Assembly (NCBI GenBank): GCA_963845065.1
Contig: CAWJQQ010000002.1
Coordinates: forward strand, 384,001 to 448,000
Direction of reading: 5' to 3'
Source of the DNA: Nitrospirota bacterium
GTDB lineage: Bacteria > Nitrospirota > UBA9217
Length of the DNA: 64,000 nt
Shown: piece after piece, positions 11,224-22,159 of the stretch
How the letters are laid out: every line of letters begins with the position of its first letter
Position numbering within the stretch: position 1 is the stretch's first letter
Position numbers and translations under genes: made by a program
The notes under the pieces: model-generated
What the model was told of the DNA's origin: nothing
What the model saw: the letters and a program-made list of their open reading frames with translations, nothing else
Database searches by the model: none

Positions 11224-12903
11224 CTATTTGCTCTGTCCCCCTGATTCACTTTTCCGCTGATATCGCTCAAGTTCTCTGATCCGGAGTGCAGCCCTTTTTA
11301 TTTTTCCGCTGATGGTCTTCGGCAATTCTTTCATAAATTCGATTGCACGTGGATATTTGTACGGCGCCGTCCTCGTCTTCACAAATTCCTGGATCTCCTG
11401 CGCCAGGGTATCGGAAGCCTTATATCCAGGAGCCAGAACTATAAAGGCCTTGATGATCTCACCGCGGATCGGATCTGGGCTTGCGACCACTGCATTTTCT
11501 GCCACTGATGGGTGTTCTTGGATGACGCTTTCCACCTCGAAGGGGCCGATGCGGTAACCGGACGCCTTTATGATATCGTCCCCCCTGCCCACGAAAGTAA
11601 AGTACCCCTCACCATCCATGGTCGCCTTATCGCCCGTATTGTACCAGCCATGCTGAAAAACTTTTTCGTTCTCCTCCGGATCTTCGAGATAGCTTTCGAA
11701 AATTCCAACAGGTTTTTCCGGGCTCACCTTAACACAGATATACCCAACCTCCTGTGTAGATACCGGCTTAAAGTCCTCATCCAGAATTTCAATATGTAGG
11801 TCCGGCAGCGGCTTCCCCATGGAACCAGGCTTGACCGGCAGAAAAGGATAATTCGCCACGAGCACTGTGCTTTCTGTCTGACCATAACCCTCATGGATCG
11901 TCTTGCCCGTCGCTTGTTTCCAAACCTTGATGACCTCCGGGTTTAGAGGTTCGCCTGCAGACGTAAAATGTTTGATAGCTGAGTAGTCATATTTTGTGAG
12001 ATCCTCGAGGATCAACATGCGATACACGGTAGGTGGGCCGCAAAATGCCGTTACGCCTCCGGTCGTCAGCAGTTCAAGCGTAAGCTTGGCATTAAACCGT
12101 CCTTCGGCATTATGGACGAACAAGCCGGCTCCGATGGCCCATTGCCCGTAGAGACCCCACGCGGACTTTGCCCAACCCGTATCCGATACGACCCAAATCA
12201 GGTCCCGGTCGGAAAGACTATGCCACAGACCGGCAGTCCGCAGATGGCCGAGGGGGTAAGAGCACAGATGGTGCACCATCTTCGGATACTTGGTTGTGCC
12301 CGACGTAAAATAGATAAGGAAGGAATCCTCGGCCGATGTTGATTCTACATCCGACCGCTTCAAGACAGGCGATGCTAAGCTCATTGCATTTTGAAAATCA
12401 TGCCAGCCTGGGGCTTCGCCGTCTATAAGGAGCTTTTGACGCAGATAGGGGGTGCTGATCTTGGCGAGGGCCTCGTCTACTTTTGCGTAGTTAGTCTTGT
12501 TCGTAATAATGACGTTTGCTTGGCCCTTCGTGATCCGGTACTCAATGTCTGAAGACAGCAAGATGACCGGCGCAGGCATGATGACCGCCCCGAGCTTGTG
12601 ACAGGCTACGAGAATAAAGTACCACTCCGGGACACGACCGAGCATGATAAACACCCGGTCACCTTTCTTGACGCCCCTGTTTTTAAGAACGTTCGCAGCC
12701 TGGTTAGAAAGCCGCGAGATATCGAGGAACGTAAATTCTTTTAGATCCTTCCCCGCCGGGTCCATCCAGACGAGGGCTCTCTTTTTTTTATCTTCTGCAT
12801 GTTTGTCGATTACGTCAAAACCGAAGTTAAATTGCTTTGGTACTGTGATATGGAACGTTTTTTTTGCAGATTCGAAGTCTTTTGCCTCAAAGAAAAGCGC
12901 CAT
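11224..12903 (-). CDS. Acyl-CoA synthetase / AMP-binding protein (medium-chain, ACSM-like)
   Basis: YFTSGTTKYPK, EGYGQTE, GRGDDIIKASGYRIGPFEVES and PKTISGK motifs. Confidence 0.93.
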   Translation of the reverse strand: MALFFEAKDFESAKKTFHITVPKQFNFGFDVIDKHAEDKKKRALVWMDPAGKDLKEFTFLDISRLSNQAANVLKNRGVKKGDRVFIMLGRVPEWYFILVACHKLGAVIMPAPVILLSSDIEYRITKGQANVIITNKTNYAKVDEALAKISTPYLRQKLLIDGEAPGWHDFQNAMSLASPVLKRSDVESTSAEDSFLIYFTSGTTKYPKMVHHLCSYPLGHLRTAGLWHSLSDRDLIWVVSDTGWAKSAWGLYGQWAIGAGLFVHNAEGRFNAKLTLELLTTGGVTAFCGPPTVYRMLILEDLTKYDYSAIKHFTSAGEPLNPEVIKVWKQATGKTIHEGYGQTESTVLVANYPFLPVKPGSMGKPLPDLHIEILDEDFKPVSTQEVGYICVKVSPEKPVGIFESYLEDPEENEKVFQHGWYNTGDKATMDGEGYFTFVGRGDDIIKASGYRIGPFEVESVIQEHPSVAENAVVASPDPIRGEIIKAFIVLAPGYKASDTLAQEIQEFVKTRTAPYKYPRAIEFMKELPKTISGKIKRAALRIRELERYQRKSESGGQSK

Positions 12904-12994
12904 AGCCCCTCCTTATAAAAGAAAAATTATTTCTATTCCAATGGATTTTACAGCTTTCCTAAACCACAGTCTGTTACCCAATTTCCCCAATGCT

Positions 12995-14197
12995 TCAATC
13001 AATCACTCTATTCGTATCCCGCAACCGCTCTGCCATTTCGCGCAGGATCTCAACAACAAATTCGGGAAATTCGTTCATCAAGTTATTTATATTCTCGTTA
13101 TTGATGGTTACCAGCTCGACATCTTCCAGCGCCACGGCCCGTGCTACACGTGAGGACGACAGAAAGAATGACATGCCGCCGAAACATCTTCCCGCTGTAA
13201 TTATGGCGATCTCCTTCTCGCCTTTCATAATCGCTATCTTGCCTTTAAACACAGAGAACATCTCGTTTCCCGGATCTCCCTCGGTAAAAATCGTTTTCCC
13301 TTGATCATACGTAACGACGTATTTGTCGATCACACCTGAGGGAACGTTCCTCTTACCTTCCATTAGTTTCTTAAGATAAACGGTCTCGTCCCGTCCTAGG
13401 CTTGCGGCGATTTCAGCGCCGAAAAGAAGTGCAAGCAGAGAAAAATATATCCAGATGATGACGACGAATAGGGACTTGAACGACCCGAAGGCAAAACCAT
13501 AGCCGGGATTATACATTAGGAAAAGGTGGAATGCCGGCCGCATCGCAAACCACAGGACTGATGTGCTTACAGCGCCAATCAGGAGGTGGAACGGCTGTAC
13601 CCGCTTCGAAAATATAAGATAGAGCGAAAAGACGACTGCGGTGACAAAGAGAAAAGGCCCGATTCTTTCGAAATATGTCCAGGTCAGGTGTAAATGATTC
13701 TTGCGCTCAATCAAAGTGAATAGGATATCCGTTACAGTAATGGCGGACAAACCCAGGAGAAAAACGATACCAATTGCAATGTCAAAGAGTTTTTCCATGA
13801 AAAAAGGCCTAGTCGGTTTCTTTCGGAATATTGTCCCCAGCGATTTGCGCAGGTCAGCTATCAGCGGTGTGACGCTCCAGAATAGCACGATTCCGTTCAG
13901 GATGCTGATGGCACCCATGTGGGAAGAGATGAATTGCACTTCGCGCAGAATATCCTGGCTGTAGGCCGGTATCACCTGGGTGAGCATGTCCTGTGTCTTC
14001 GCCAGAGCCCTGCCGGATGACCCGATTACAGCGCCGAGCACGAAGGTGAGCAGAAAAAGCGACGGGATCAGGGCGAGTGTCGCAGAAAAGGCAAGGGAAG
14101 ATGCAGAGGACAGATCATTATTTTTCTGGAGGGATGAAAAGGTTTCAAACAAGACGATCCTGATTTTTTTTAAACCGTCTCCGGCGATATTCGTCAT
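12995..14197 (-). CDS. YihY/BrkB-family membrane protein fused to a C-terminal cNMP-binding domain
   Basis: ASSLAFS..LALIP and FGSFKSLFVVIIWIY...FGAE YihY motifs, then IFTEGDPGNEMF...FGGM..R.A.AVA. Confidence 0.85.
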   Translation of the reverse strand: MTNIAGDGLKKIRIVLFETFSSLQKNNDLSSASSLAFSATLALIPSLFLLTFVLGAVIGSSGRALAKTQDMLTQVIPAYSQDILREVQFISSHMGAISILNGIVLFWSVTPLIADLRKSLGTIFRKKPTRPFFMEKLFDIAIGIVFLLGLSAITVTDILFTLIERKNHLHLTWTYFERIGPFLFVTAVVFSLYLIFSKRVQPFHLLIGAVSTSVLWFAMRPAFHLFLMYNPGYGFAFGSFKSLFVVIIWIYFSLLALLFGAEIAASLGRDETVYLKKLMEGKRNVPSGVIDKYVVTYDQGKTIFTEGDPGNEMFSVFKGKIAIMKGEKEIAIITAGRCFGGMSFFLSSSRVARAVALEDVELVTINNENINNLMNEFPEFVVEILREMAERLRDTNRVID

Positions 14198-14334
14198 AGC
14201 TCCTCAGGAATTACCGGCATACCGGTCTTCGAGATCTCTTAAGCTGGGCAAGTAATGGGCATTATAGAGAGTTATTTGAGAAATATCAAGATTCACCCTC
14301 CTGCAAAGGAACGCTGCAGAGAAAAAAACAGTAT

Positions 14335-15273
14335 CTTTTTACTCCCCTAACTCCAAAGAGTCAGCGTCTGACTGCCAGGGATTTCTAACGGCAGTACCAG
14401 CGAACTTTTTAGCAGTGTGGTTGCCAATATCGACCGATGTTGATCCGCTTTTAACGGGCACGCAGCTCCGTCTCCGGTTCATGTTGTTATCTGGTTTAAT
14501 ACCGAAGCTGACAGGGTAGATCCGACCCATTGCAGCTTATTGCAGCATCCTCGACACCGTCCGTTCCAGAAGCAGGTTGGTACCCGGCCAAGCTTCGGAA
14601 GACCGGCGTGTGTCAAGTACATCTTTAAAAAACAACCTTTGCTGGAAATACGGAACATAGGATCACGCTTTGAAGTTACCCGAATTCGCAGTTATGCCAT
14701 CTTTGGGATAAAAACTTTTTGCCGACTTCTTCGCAGTGGCATGTCTGTGTAAGCTTTGTGCTCTTGGTAGAAAACTCTGTACATTTCCGCGTTTGCCAAA
14801 CTCGTAGTCGATGACGGCATCATATGCTCTAGATGCTATCTTCTGAGCAGTCAGACTGTTTATATGCTCGCCTATCAAGCAGGAGTGTCTAGGCTGACGA
14901 AGGTAGTCATGAGGGTGGCATTTGGTGTATTTGACCAGGTTTCTGGCAGTTTTAAGCATCTTGGTACGAAGCTTTTTTTTTCAGCCAAGCGCCATGTAAG
15001 AGGCCGGCGCATGGCGGCATGACTCTTCATCGCTGCCAAAACGGACATTATATTAGGTTACGACTACCTTCGATCCAGGCCTCAAGCATTCGAATGTCTT
15101 TTGGGATAGTTACGAGTTGAAACTCGCAGATAAAAGATGGGGTTATGGATGTACTGGTTATTGCTAGAGCAAATATACCACAATGATGAACATTTGTTTA
15201 TCAGTAGATATGTTGAGTTTCCACGTTCATCCCCATGGTTAAAACTAGGGACTTTCTGCTTATGTTTCGGTAA
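14335..15273 (-). mobile_element. tnpB: IS200/IS605-family element carrying a tnpB pseudogene
   Basis: Fragments TPSFICEFQL..., IGEHINSLTAQKIASRAYDAVIDYEFGKRG with stops and frameshifts; left-end hairpin AAGTCCCTAG..CATGGGGATGAA at 15225-15273; right-end-like GGGGAGT near 14341. Confidence 0.7.
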
Positions 15274-15313
15274 CTATTGAGAATAATTTCGACTCCGTCA
15301 ACCTTATGCGTCA

Positions 15314-18300
15314 TCAAAGTGAAGACTCTTCCTCAGCAGTTGTTCCTGGACCATTTTTCAGCTGGAAACAGAGTCCTGAAAATACAAGCCCGTTTGTGCC
15401 GTCGATGCTGATTGCAGCCCCCTCTTGTATCCGTGTGATCCCGATTATCCCATACGGGCGCCGCGGTTCATCATCGTTTATTTTCATATCAGCACACGAC
15501 ACAACTGCAGAAATTCCAAATTTTTGTGCAAGAACGGCCGCGTGCGACGTGACTCCGCCTGCTGCGGTGATAATACCCTTGATAAACGGCATGAGAGAAA
15601 CATCGTTCGTGTTCGCTGTCTTGCGCATAAGAATAACCGGCAAACCTCTTTCCTTTTTCAGCAACTCAATCTGTTCGCGCGAGGCAGCGAATGACGCCAC
15701 ACCGCTCAACGCCCCTCCACTTGCACCTACGCCGCGTCCTATCACCCGGGCCTCCATACTGCAGATCTCATCAAATTTATTAAAGTATCTTTCACCCTGT
15801 TCCATTCGCCGTGTCTGGATAACAGAAAGAATGTAATGGCCGCTTTTGTCTGTGGTGTAGGTCGCTTCAACCTCCTGTGGAAGCCCGTTGAAAGCATTCT
15901 CTATCGATCGAGCGGCTTTCTGATGCTGGTGGTATAGTTCAGGATCGGTATCTTCGAGGCTTTTTTGTCCCGCGGCTGTCTGCGCTCGCGATAGAGGTTG
16001 ACCGGATTTTCTGCCTGAAACAAGATCATCGCCGCTGGCGTTTTCCTGGGTTTCACCGACTATACCCTCTGCAAGTGTTTGAGGGTTTTTAGTGAAGAAC
16101 ACGGTGACACCTGCACCGGTTTGGTTGCCGGAAACCATCTCCATCAATGTCACGGATGTACCCCACTCTTCTGATGTATCGGTTGCCGAGCGAAACTGTT
16201 GGGCACGGTCGTTGAACCATGAGGCATATACAGCGCGAGCACAGAGTCTCAGCTGTTCATAGACATCGGAAGGTATTGTTAGCCCCCTTGATCTGAGTCG
16301 CGATATATACTGACCTGCGATCGACCTTGCATAAAGTGGCCCCCCCGCTTCTGCAGGGCTCCGTGGTTGGACAATCCCGTATTCCCTCGTAATCTGCTCA
16401 AAAAAACCTCTCTCCAGCCCAAGCACTAACATGCCGAAATGCTCGATGAATTTTTGATAGGAGTCCCATCCCAGCGCCGGGTTGTTAGATGTTCGTATAA
16501 ACGCGTCAAGCGTCTCATTGTTCATGCCGCAGTAAAGAATGGAGGATAAAATACCAGGCATGGAGAGGTACGATCCGCTTCTTACAGAAAGAAAGAGCGG
16601 CCTGCTGGTTCCACCATACGACCTATGCGTTCTCGCCTCAATCACGCTCACCGCCTCTTTCAGAATATCCATAAACTCCCGTTGCTTCGTAAAAAGTTCA
16701 TAGTTCTTCGTATGACGCGCAGGCAAAACTGCCCCAGCAGGTGTAGTGAGCCCCCCGTCTCTTAAAATAACGAGATTTTTTGCTTTACTGCCCAGATCCG
16801 GCGCCAGCCTTATGGCATCCCGGAGACTGATTGCATGAATATCGTAAAAATTCAGTGTTGGGTGCGTCTCTCCGATTTCACGAACGCTGTCACCGCCGGA
16901 TAGCACGCGTGAGTGGATCGCGTTCACAAGCACTGCCAATAGCCGATCAATCTCGACAAGGCTGGGAATGTAGCTGAGCACGTCTCTCATGACTATATCT
17001 GCTGCTTTGTCCAAAAAATCGGGTGATGCAATTTCGAGGTTTTTGAGATGCTCAGGAAGATCGTCATGGGGGAAGTCCTTGATGACCTCTTTGAGTGGCT
17101 CGTGAAAAAACCTCGTGATTGCCGATACCATCCATGCCAGTTCTTTCTGCCACATCCTGAGGACATCGATAATTTGAGTCAGGTGAAGCCAATTATGTTC
17201 CAACACTTTTCCGTACTCATCAATAAGTGAATTTTGCATGCCGTATATCTTGAGGATTTCCCATGCTTCGGCAAGAGCAGCGAGCCACTTCTGTATTTCA
17301 GATAGCTCTGCTGCGGCTCCCTTTTTTTCGATTTCAAAAATAATCGACTCTAGGATAACAGGGATATCTTCGGCGCAGCTCATCATATCTTTCATGGCAT
17401 CGAATTTAATTTCACGATACGTCCCGAGTACCGAAGGGATGCCGAATGCGATATGACGTTTGAAATATAAGTTTTCTTGCGGTTCTGTCTTTTCCTTTGA
17501 CAACACAGTTCTTTTGCACCCGCGAAGCCTGTTAAGCATATTGTGCAGGCGGGTATGAACATCGCCGACCGCTGTATCTCTACTTAGCAAGGAGTACTTT
17601 TTCACTACTTCCTTGTACAATTTGCATAAAAGCCGCACTTTTTCTCTCGCTTCGGCATCTCTATGATCTGCCTTCCGAAGTTGAGCGTCTATCACTTCAT
17701 CGGGAATCCACAGAAGCTTGTCCAGATGAAGCCCTGTTGCATCCTCTATACCTTCGGCTCTAAAAAAGCAACTGATGACAGATGCATATCTTGTCACGAG
17801 ATCAGGATTTATTTGAGAATATACATCAGGGGGCACTACCTCCTTCAGGAAAGAAGTATCGTTATGAGTCCAGAATCTCAAAACGGACCCTATCAACCGG
17901 ATGTTGTGGCTGCTTGCGTTCACATGAACCTGTTTTCGAACAAAATAGATGACGGGGTCATTTCCCCAGGAGTCAATCTCTGTTGAATAATCCCTGAGCT
18001 TGTTTGCTGCACCCACCTCATTGAAATACACGGGAAATCGTTCAAGTAAGAGATAATGCAGAAGGAACTGTCCCTTCATCGTCGGTGAGTTTAAATAGGC
18101 CGATACCTGTCGCTGGAACAACCGGTCATCGGGGATGAGCACACCACTCACTATCAGGTTTGCAATCACGTGTATGAGGACGCTTTCTAGCTTCTCATCT
18201 CCTATCATGAGAAGTTCCATAAATTTGCTCAGTCGTTCGAAATGCAGCGGGTTGACGATCTCAGCCCAAGTATCTGGAGATATTCCCTGTACCCGTGCTG

Positions 18301-19732
18301 CGGGAATGGTGATCTTTTTTAAGTCTAGAACGTACTGCATGATGAACGCCTTATGGCCAGAATTCAAAACAGATCGTGCAAAGCGCGGATCTAGCATGAT
18401 TTGGTTAAAAAGAAACGGTCCCAAATCTCTCATTCTCCGCAGAAGAACAGCGCATATATCAAGCCGGCCATTGGTAATGAGTTTCTCCATGATCCGGGAA
18501 GTTTTCATCCTCATTAATGCCAAAGCCTCAATGGACAGTTGGTTAGCGGAGGAGAGATAAACCCCCATGGCCTCCGCAAACGTATTCGCTGATTCGGCCG
18601 TCAGCTCTTGTTCCGCTATGTCAAAAAAAGTGGAAATATGCTGCCGGTCATCGAAAGCCAGCATATCAATTTCTGCAATCATGTCGAGGATATGGTTCGC
18701 ATCCCCCGTGGCCATCCGTTGTTCCACCTCAGCCAACTTCTGTGCTGTTCGAAATTGTCCCGGCTCTCCAAATTTTGAAAGGAAATCGAGATCCTCGATG
18801 GAAATAAATTTTCCAAGAGAGGTCAGGAGTTGGTTATTTAAAAACGTTACTGACTTTCCTTTTTTCTGGAGAGAGCTGATGAGAAGGGCTAAAACTCCGC
18901 TAATTTCGATACCAGGAAATTTCCGGAGGAGTTCCTTTAGCACGGCTATGGCTGGCATTGTTTGCGACGATAGATCAATTGTAGATCGAGAAATCATCTG
19001 CAGCCATGTTTCCGCAAGAGGCCGCAAGCTCTTCTGGTCGCGATTGGCATTAAGAGGCAACTCGAGGAGATTAAAGTAGTTGGATACTGCCTTACACCTA
19101 TCTGCACAGCTGGCTCGTTCGGCAGCCCGAAGTGCAAAACGGGCGAGGATATCGAAAGCATCGTAAAAATCATCTGGTACACTCCAATAAAAATCAATTG
19201 CAAATCCGTTCAACGCCTCAGAAAAGCTGGCCCAATCCTTTTTGGTAGAGTGGACCTGCGCGACGATTTCCTCGGCTTTCTGCAATAGCCCGACCTTATC
19301 GTGCAAAGGCGTGGTCAACCTCGTAAGATCAATTGAGGCAAGTTCTTCTGAGAGTTCTACAGCAGATAAGTAGAGGCCGCCGGCAGTTTCTTTTTTTAAT
19401 AGAAACGTTCCGATATGTCTTCCGATTTGAATAATATCGATTTGGAGGTCCCTTGCTTCGGCTATACGGCTGCTATTCACAGCAAATTCAAAATATCCAT
19501 TCTGCAAAGGGCTGCGTGATAGTTCCACCCCGCTCTTATTTAATGATGCCTCATAGTTTCCATGGGGCACGGCGAGAATCGTTCCCTTGAAGATTGTAGT
19601 ATAGCCGCTGTCAGTCATGCAAAAATCCTTTATTACGAGCGACTTTATAACACCTTTATACGCTGTAGCGAGCGTTCCAACCAGATAGTCCAGACGACAG
19701 ATATCATGTGCCATCTCAGCCGCATTTTCCAT
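15314..19732 (-). CDS. Large PPDK-like dikinase: ~970-aa unknown N-terminus, ATP-grasp domain, phospho-His domain
   Basis: LGSKAKNL, LSVRSGS..SMPG, WDSY, GDDLVSG, QTR, GVGASGG and GGVTSHAAV motifs; protein ends after the His domain. Confidence 0.85.
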   Translation of the reverse strand: MENAAEMAHDICRLDYLVGTLATAYKGVIKSLVIKDFCMTDSGYTTIFKGTILAVPHGNYEASLNKSGVELSRSPLQNGYFEFAVNSSRIAEARDLQIDIIQIGRHIGTFLLKKETAGGLYLSAVELSEELASIDLTRLTTPLHDKVGLLQKAEEIVAQVHSTKKDWASFSEALNGFAIDFYWSVPDDFYDAFDILARFALRAAERASCADRCKAVSNYFNLLELPLNANRDQKSLRPLAETWLQMISRSTIDLSSQTMPAIAVLKELLRKFPGIEISGVLALLISSLQKKGKSVTFLNNQLLTSLGKFISIEDLDFLSKFGEPGQFRTAQKLAEVEQRMATGDANHILDMIAEIDMLAFDDRQHISTFFDIAEQELTAESANTFAEAMGVYLSSANQLSIEALALMRMKTSRIMEKLITNGRLDICAVLLRRMRDLGPFLFNQIMLDPRFARSVLNSGHKAFIMQYVLDLKKITIPAARVQGISPDTWAEIVNPLHFERLSKFMELLMIGDEKLESVLIHVIANLIVSGVLIPDDRLFQRQVSAYLNSPTMKGQFLLHYLLLERFPVYFNEVGAANKLRDYSTEIDSWGNDPVIYFVRKQVHVNASSHNIRLIGSVLRFWTHNDTSFLKEVVPPDVYSQINPDLVTRYASVISCFFRAEGIEDATGLHLDKLLWIPDEVIDAQLRKADHRDAEAREKVRLLCKLYKEVVKKYSLLSRDTAVGDVHTRLHNMLNRLRGCKRTVLSKEKTEPQENLYFKRHIAFGIPSVLGTYREIKFDAMKDMMSCAEDIPVILESIIFEIEKKGAAAELSEIQKWLAALAEAWEILKIYGMQNSLIDEYGKVLEHNWLHLTQIIDVLRMWQKELAWMVSAITRFFHEPLKEVIKDFPHDDLPEHLKNLEIASPDFLDKAADIVMRDVLSYIPSLVEIDRLLAVLVNAIHSRVLSGGDSVREIGETHPTLNFYDIHAISLRDAIRLAPDLGSKAKNLVILRDGGLTTPAGAVLPARHTKNYELFTKQREFMDILKEAVSVIEARTHRSYGGTSRPLFLSVRSGSYLSMPGILSSILYCGMNNETLDAFIRTSNNPALGWDSYQKFIEHFGMLVLGLERGFFEQITREYGIVQPRSPAEAGGPLYARSIAGQYISRLRSRGLTIPSDVYEQLRLCARAVYASWFNDRAQQFRSATDTSEEWGTSVTLMEMVSGNQTGAGVTVFFTKNPQTLAEGIVGETQENASGDDLVSGRKSGQPLSRAQTAAGQKSLEDTDPELYHQHQKAARSIENAFNGLPQEVEATYTTDKSGHYILSVIQTRRMEQGERYFNKFDEICSMEARVIGRGVGASGGALSGVASFAASREQIELLKKERGLPVILMRKTANTNDVSLMPFIKGIITAAGGVTSHAAVLAQKFGISAVVSCADMKINDDEPRRPYGIIGITRIQEGAAISIDGTNGLVFSGLCFQLKNGPGTTAEEESSL

Positions 19733-20052
19733 TCGAAGCTCCTCTTCAAGTGGTGCTATCCACCTCTAATATCTAAGATAGCACCAGCTTGATTAGGCTG
19801 TCAGATAGGAAATTTGATAGATGGAAAAAGTATTACAAAAAAGCTCTCACGAAAATCCAGAAGCTACATGACTTCTTGACAGTGTTAAATCGTGCTAAAA
19901 TATGAGTTCATATTCGAAGTATCAATTCTCGGATAAGCAGCAACATCGCTCACGTCTCAGTGATCTATAAGACAAAAACTTAATTATGGCGGCTATACCT
20001 TTGTCTTCTACGCTGTTAAAGTTGCGCTTCTTATAGCGCTTCTCTGTATATC

Positions 20053-20157
20053 GTGAATGCTCCCGCAACCAATGATAATACTAATCTATTGGTTATGGTT
20101 TCCAACAAGGCGGTTTTTTACGGAGGATAGCCGGTTCCTTGGAAGATGCAGTGTCAC
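20053..20157 (-). ncRNA. Structured repeat copy A (putative omegaRNA / IS605 right end)
   Basis: Homologous to 46992-47074 and 47873-47963; stems TTCCAA/TTGGAA and AACCAAT/ATTGGTT; ends GGGAGCATTCAC. Confidence 0.55.
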
Positions 20158-21249
20158 TTGCTGCACCCCCGTAAAGGCGATTCAAGTATTTGCTTTCTAT
20201 CTGAACAATGGTTGCTGAAATGGCCAGTCGGGCCTTTTCTACATACGCCTTGTAAAAAACCTTTTTCTATGGATTTCTGGACGGTGGTTAGGATGGATAA
20301 TATCTCTTTACTCGTTCTCGTGCTTTAGCGGCTCCGGCAGGAATACGGCATCGATAAAAAACATTGGCCGCAGTCAGATATCCATTAGGCACCATGGGTA
20401 TTGCTCTATTACAGATAAGCGGGTTTTTAAGCTTGAGCTGTTGTTATGATATGGATGTTGGTAATTCATGCAATATATTATGCTATACCTTTGTTCAGTT
20501 TGTCAAATATTTGAAGAAATATAAACCAATTCATCCCACAACCAATACGTCGTTTGGATGGAGTACACCGTCTCCCTCAGACTAATTATATAGTAATTGA
20601 TCGCCCTTTCATGGCAGCGTTGTCTCGTACGATTCCGGCCGTTATTTTATTTAGGTTTGTTTGGTCGCGGATAAAATAAGCTCTGGAGGGTGATTTGGGC
20701 TCCGAGTAACCGTGCCAACAGGTCAAGCGACTGCGTGATGTTTCTCAGTTTGTCGTATCCAATTTTTACAAGACCAGTGTCCAGGAGATCCCAAGCCACA
20801 TCTAGTATTTTTTAGTGTTTTTTTTGAACAAGTCCTTGCTTGGTCCGATTTGTGTTACTTTTATTACACGATGGTCTTCCATTTCGAATCTCTTGCTTAA
20901 AGAGAGTGCGCGGGCTTGACATTTCTGCAACTTAGTGCTATTGATTTGTATAGAAACTAATTCTTAGCATTTGCGCGTTTAAGCCCATAAATGTGCTGGT
21001 ACGAATAATCAATTGTGCGGCATCACGTACCGAGTTGAAAGTTTTTGTTGCAATTTATTTAAAAGTAATTTTATTCAAAAGAAGTATAAAAATAAAGAGA
21101 AGGTGAATATTTTATGAAAGTTAAGAGTTTATGGCCTCTTTATTGATTCGCTGGTATGACATTATCAATCATTACCAGCTTTATTTCGTAATACGGAGGC
21201 ATCAAGAATATAAGTAAACGACATCGACAAAACGACGAGGAGCGACGAT

Positions 21250-21792
21250 ATGAATCGCAAATACTTGCTGTATCTTTCTTTTGTCTTACTGGTTGGCATT
21301 TTTACCTTGTGGGGTTGTCCGAAAAAAGCGGAAGTGGCAACAGCACCTGAAACGCAAACGCAGGCGGAGAAAGTACCACCGCCGACGACGACACCAAGTC
21401 CCGCAACAGAAGCTGCAATACCCGAAGGTACGCATGAAAAATCAGGAACAATGGCGGAAGGGCTTAAGCCTATTTATTTTGATTTCGACAAGTCCTTCAT
21501 TCGCGAAGACGCAATGACCGTAATGCAGACTAATATGGAATGGCTCAAGGCGAACCCCAGCGTAATGGTGAGGATCGAGGGCAATTGTGATGAACGTGGT
21601 ACTGTTACGTATAATCAAGCACTCGGTCAGCGACGTGCAGTGAGCGCAAAAAAATACCTGACTGATATGGGTATCTCAGGAAGTCGTATTTCGCTTATCA
21701 GCTATGGCAAGGAAAAGCCGGTATGCACTGAACATACTGAAAAGTGCTGGCAAAAAAACAGAAGAGATGATCTTGTTGCCTTAGGCCAGTAA
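21250..21792 (+). CDS. pal: Peptidoglycan-associated lipoprotein (OmpA domain)
   Basis: Lipobox LWGC, IYFDFDKS, IEGNCDERGT..YN.ALG.RRA, SYGKEKP and NRR motifs. Confidence 0.92.
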   Translation: MNRKYLLYLSFVLLVGIFTLWGCPKKAEVATAPETQTQAEKVPPPTTTPSPATEAAIPEGTHEKSGTMAEGLKPIYFDFDKSFIREDAMTVMQTNMEWLKANPSVMVRIEGNCDERGTVTYNQALGQRRAVSAKKYLTDMGISGSRISLISYGKEKPVCTEHTEKCWQKNRRDDLVALGQ

Positions 21793-21939
21793 GGGCGCTG
21801 TAGAAGGATATCAACCTCTTTGCATTCATATCTAAAAGTAGCTTCTCTACTTTATGATATTATGAAGGAGGTAAACGAGATACGGTTCTTCAAGCTTCTC
21901 AATATTGTACCAGAAATATCTCACATAGGGTCGATAAGG

Positions 21940-22156
21940 CATTCGACAAAAGAAAATCCACAAAGTAAGGCTTCACACAAGGCTTGGAATTGGCTCTTAT
22001 TACTGCCATTCCTCGGGCTGATGTGGCCTCCCCTGTACGCAAAAACCGATCCGGTATTGTTCGGTTTCCCTTTCTTTTACTGGTATCAGTTTGCGTGAGT
22101 TATTGCGAGCGCTTTTCTGACCGGCATTGTCTACCTCGCAACGCGAAGGAGGTAAT
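21940..22156 (+). pseudogene. DUF3311 small symporter subunit with premature stop (start uncertain)
   Basis: WLLLLPF..LMWPPLYAKTDPVLFGFPFFYWYQFA*VIASAFLTGIVYLAT; TGA at 22096-22098 where Trp is expected. Confidence 0.75.
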
Positions 22157-22159
22157 GCC

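Noticed and set aside
22096..22098. In-frame TGA in DUF3311 as selenocysteine or a variant genetic code
   Set aside because: The position corresponds to Trp, not Cys; TGA is a normal stop elsewhere (folP, glmM); the neighbouring gene is also broken
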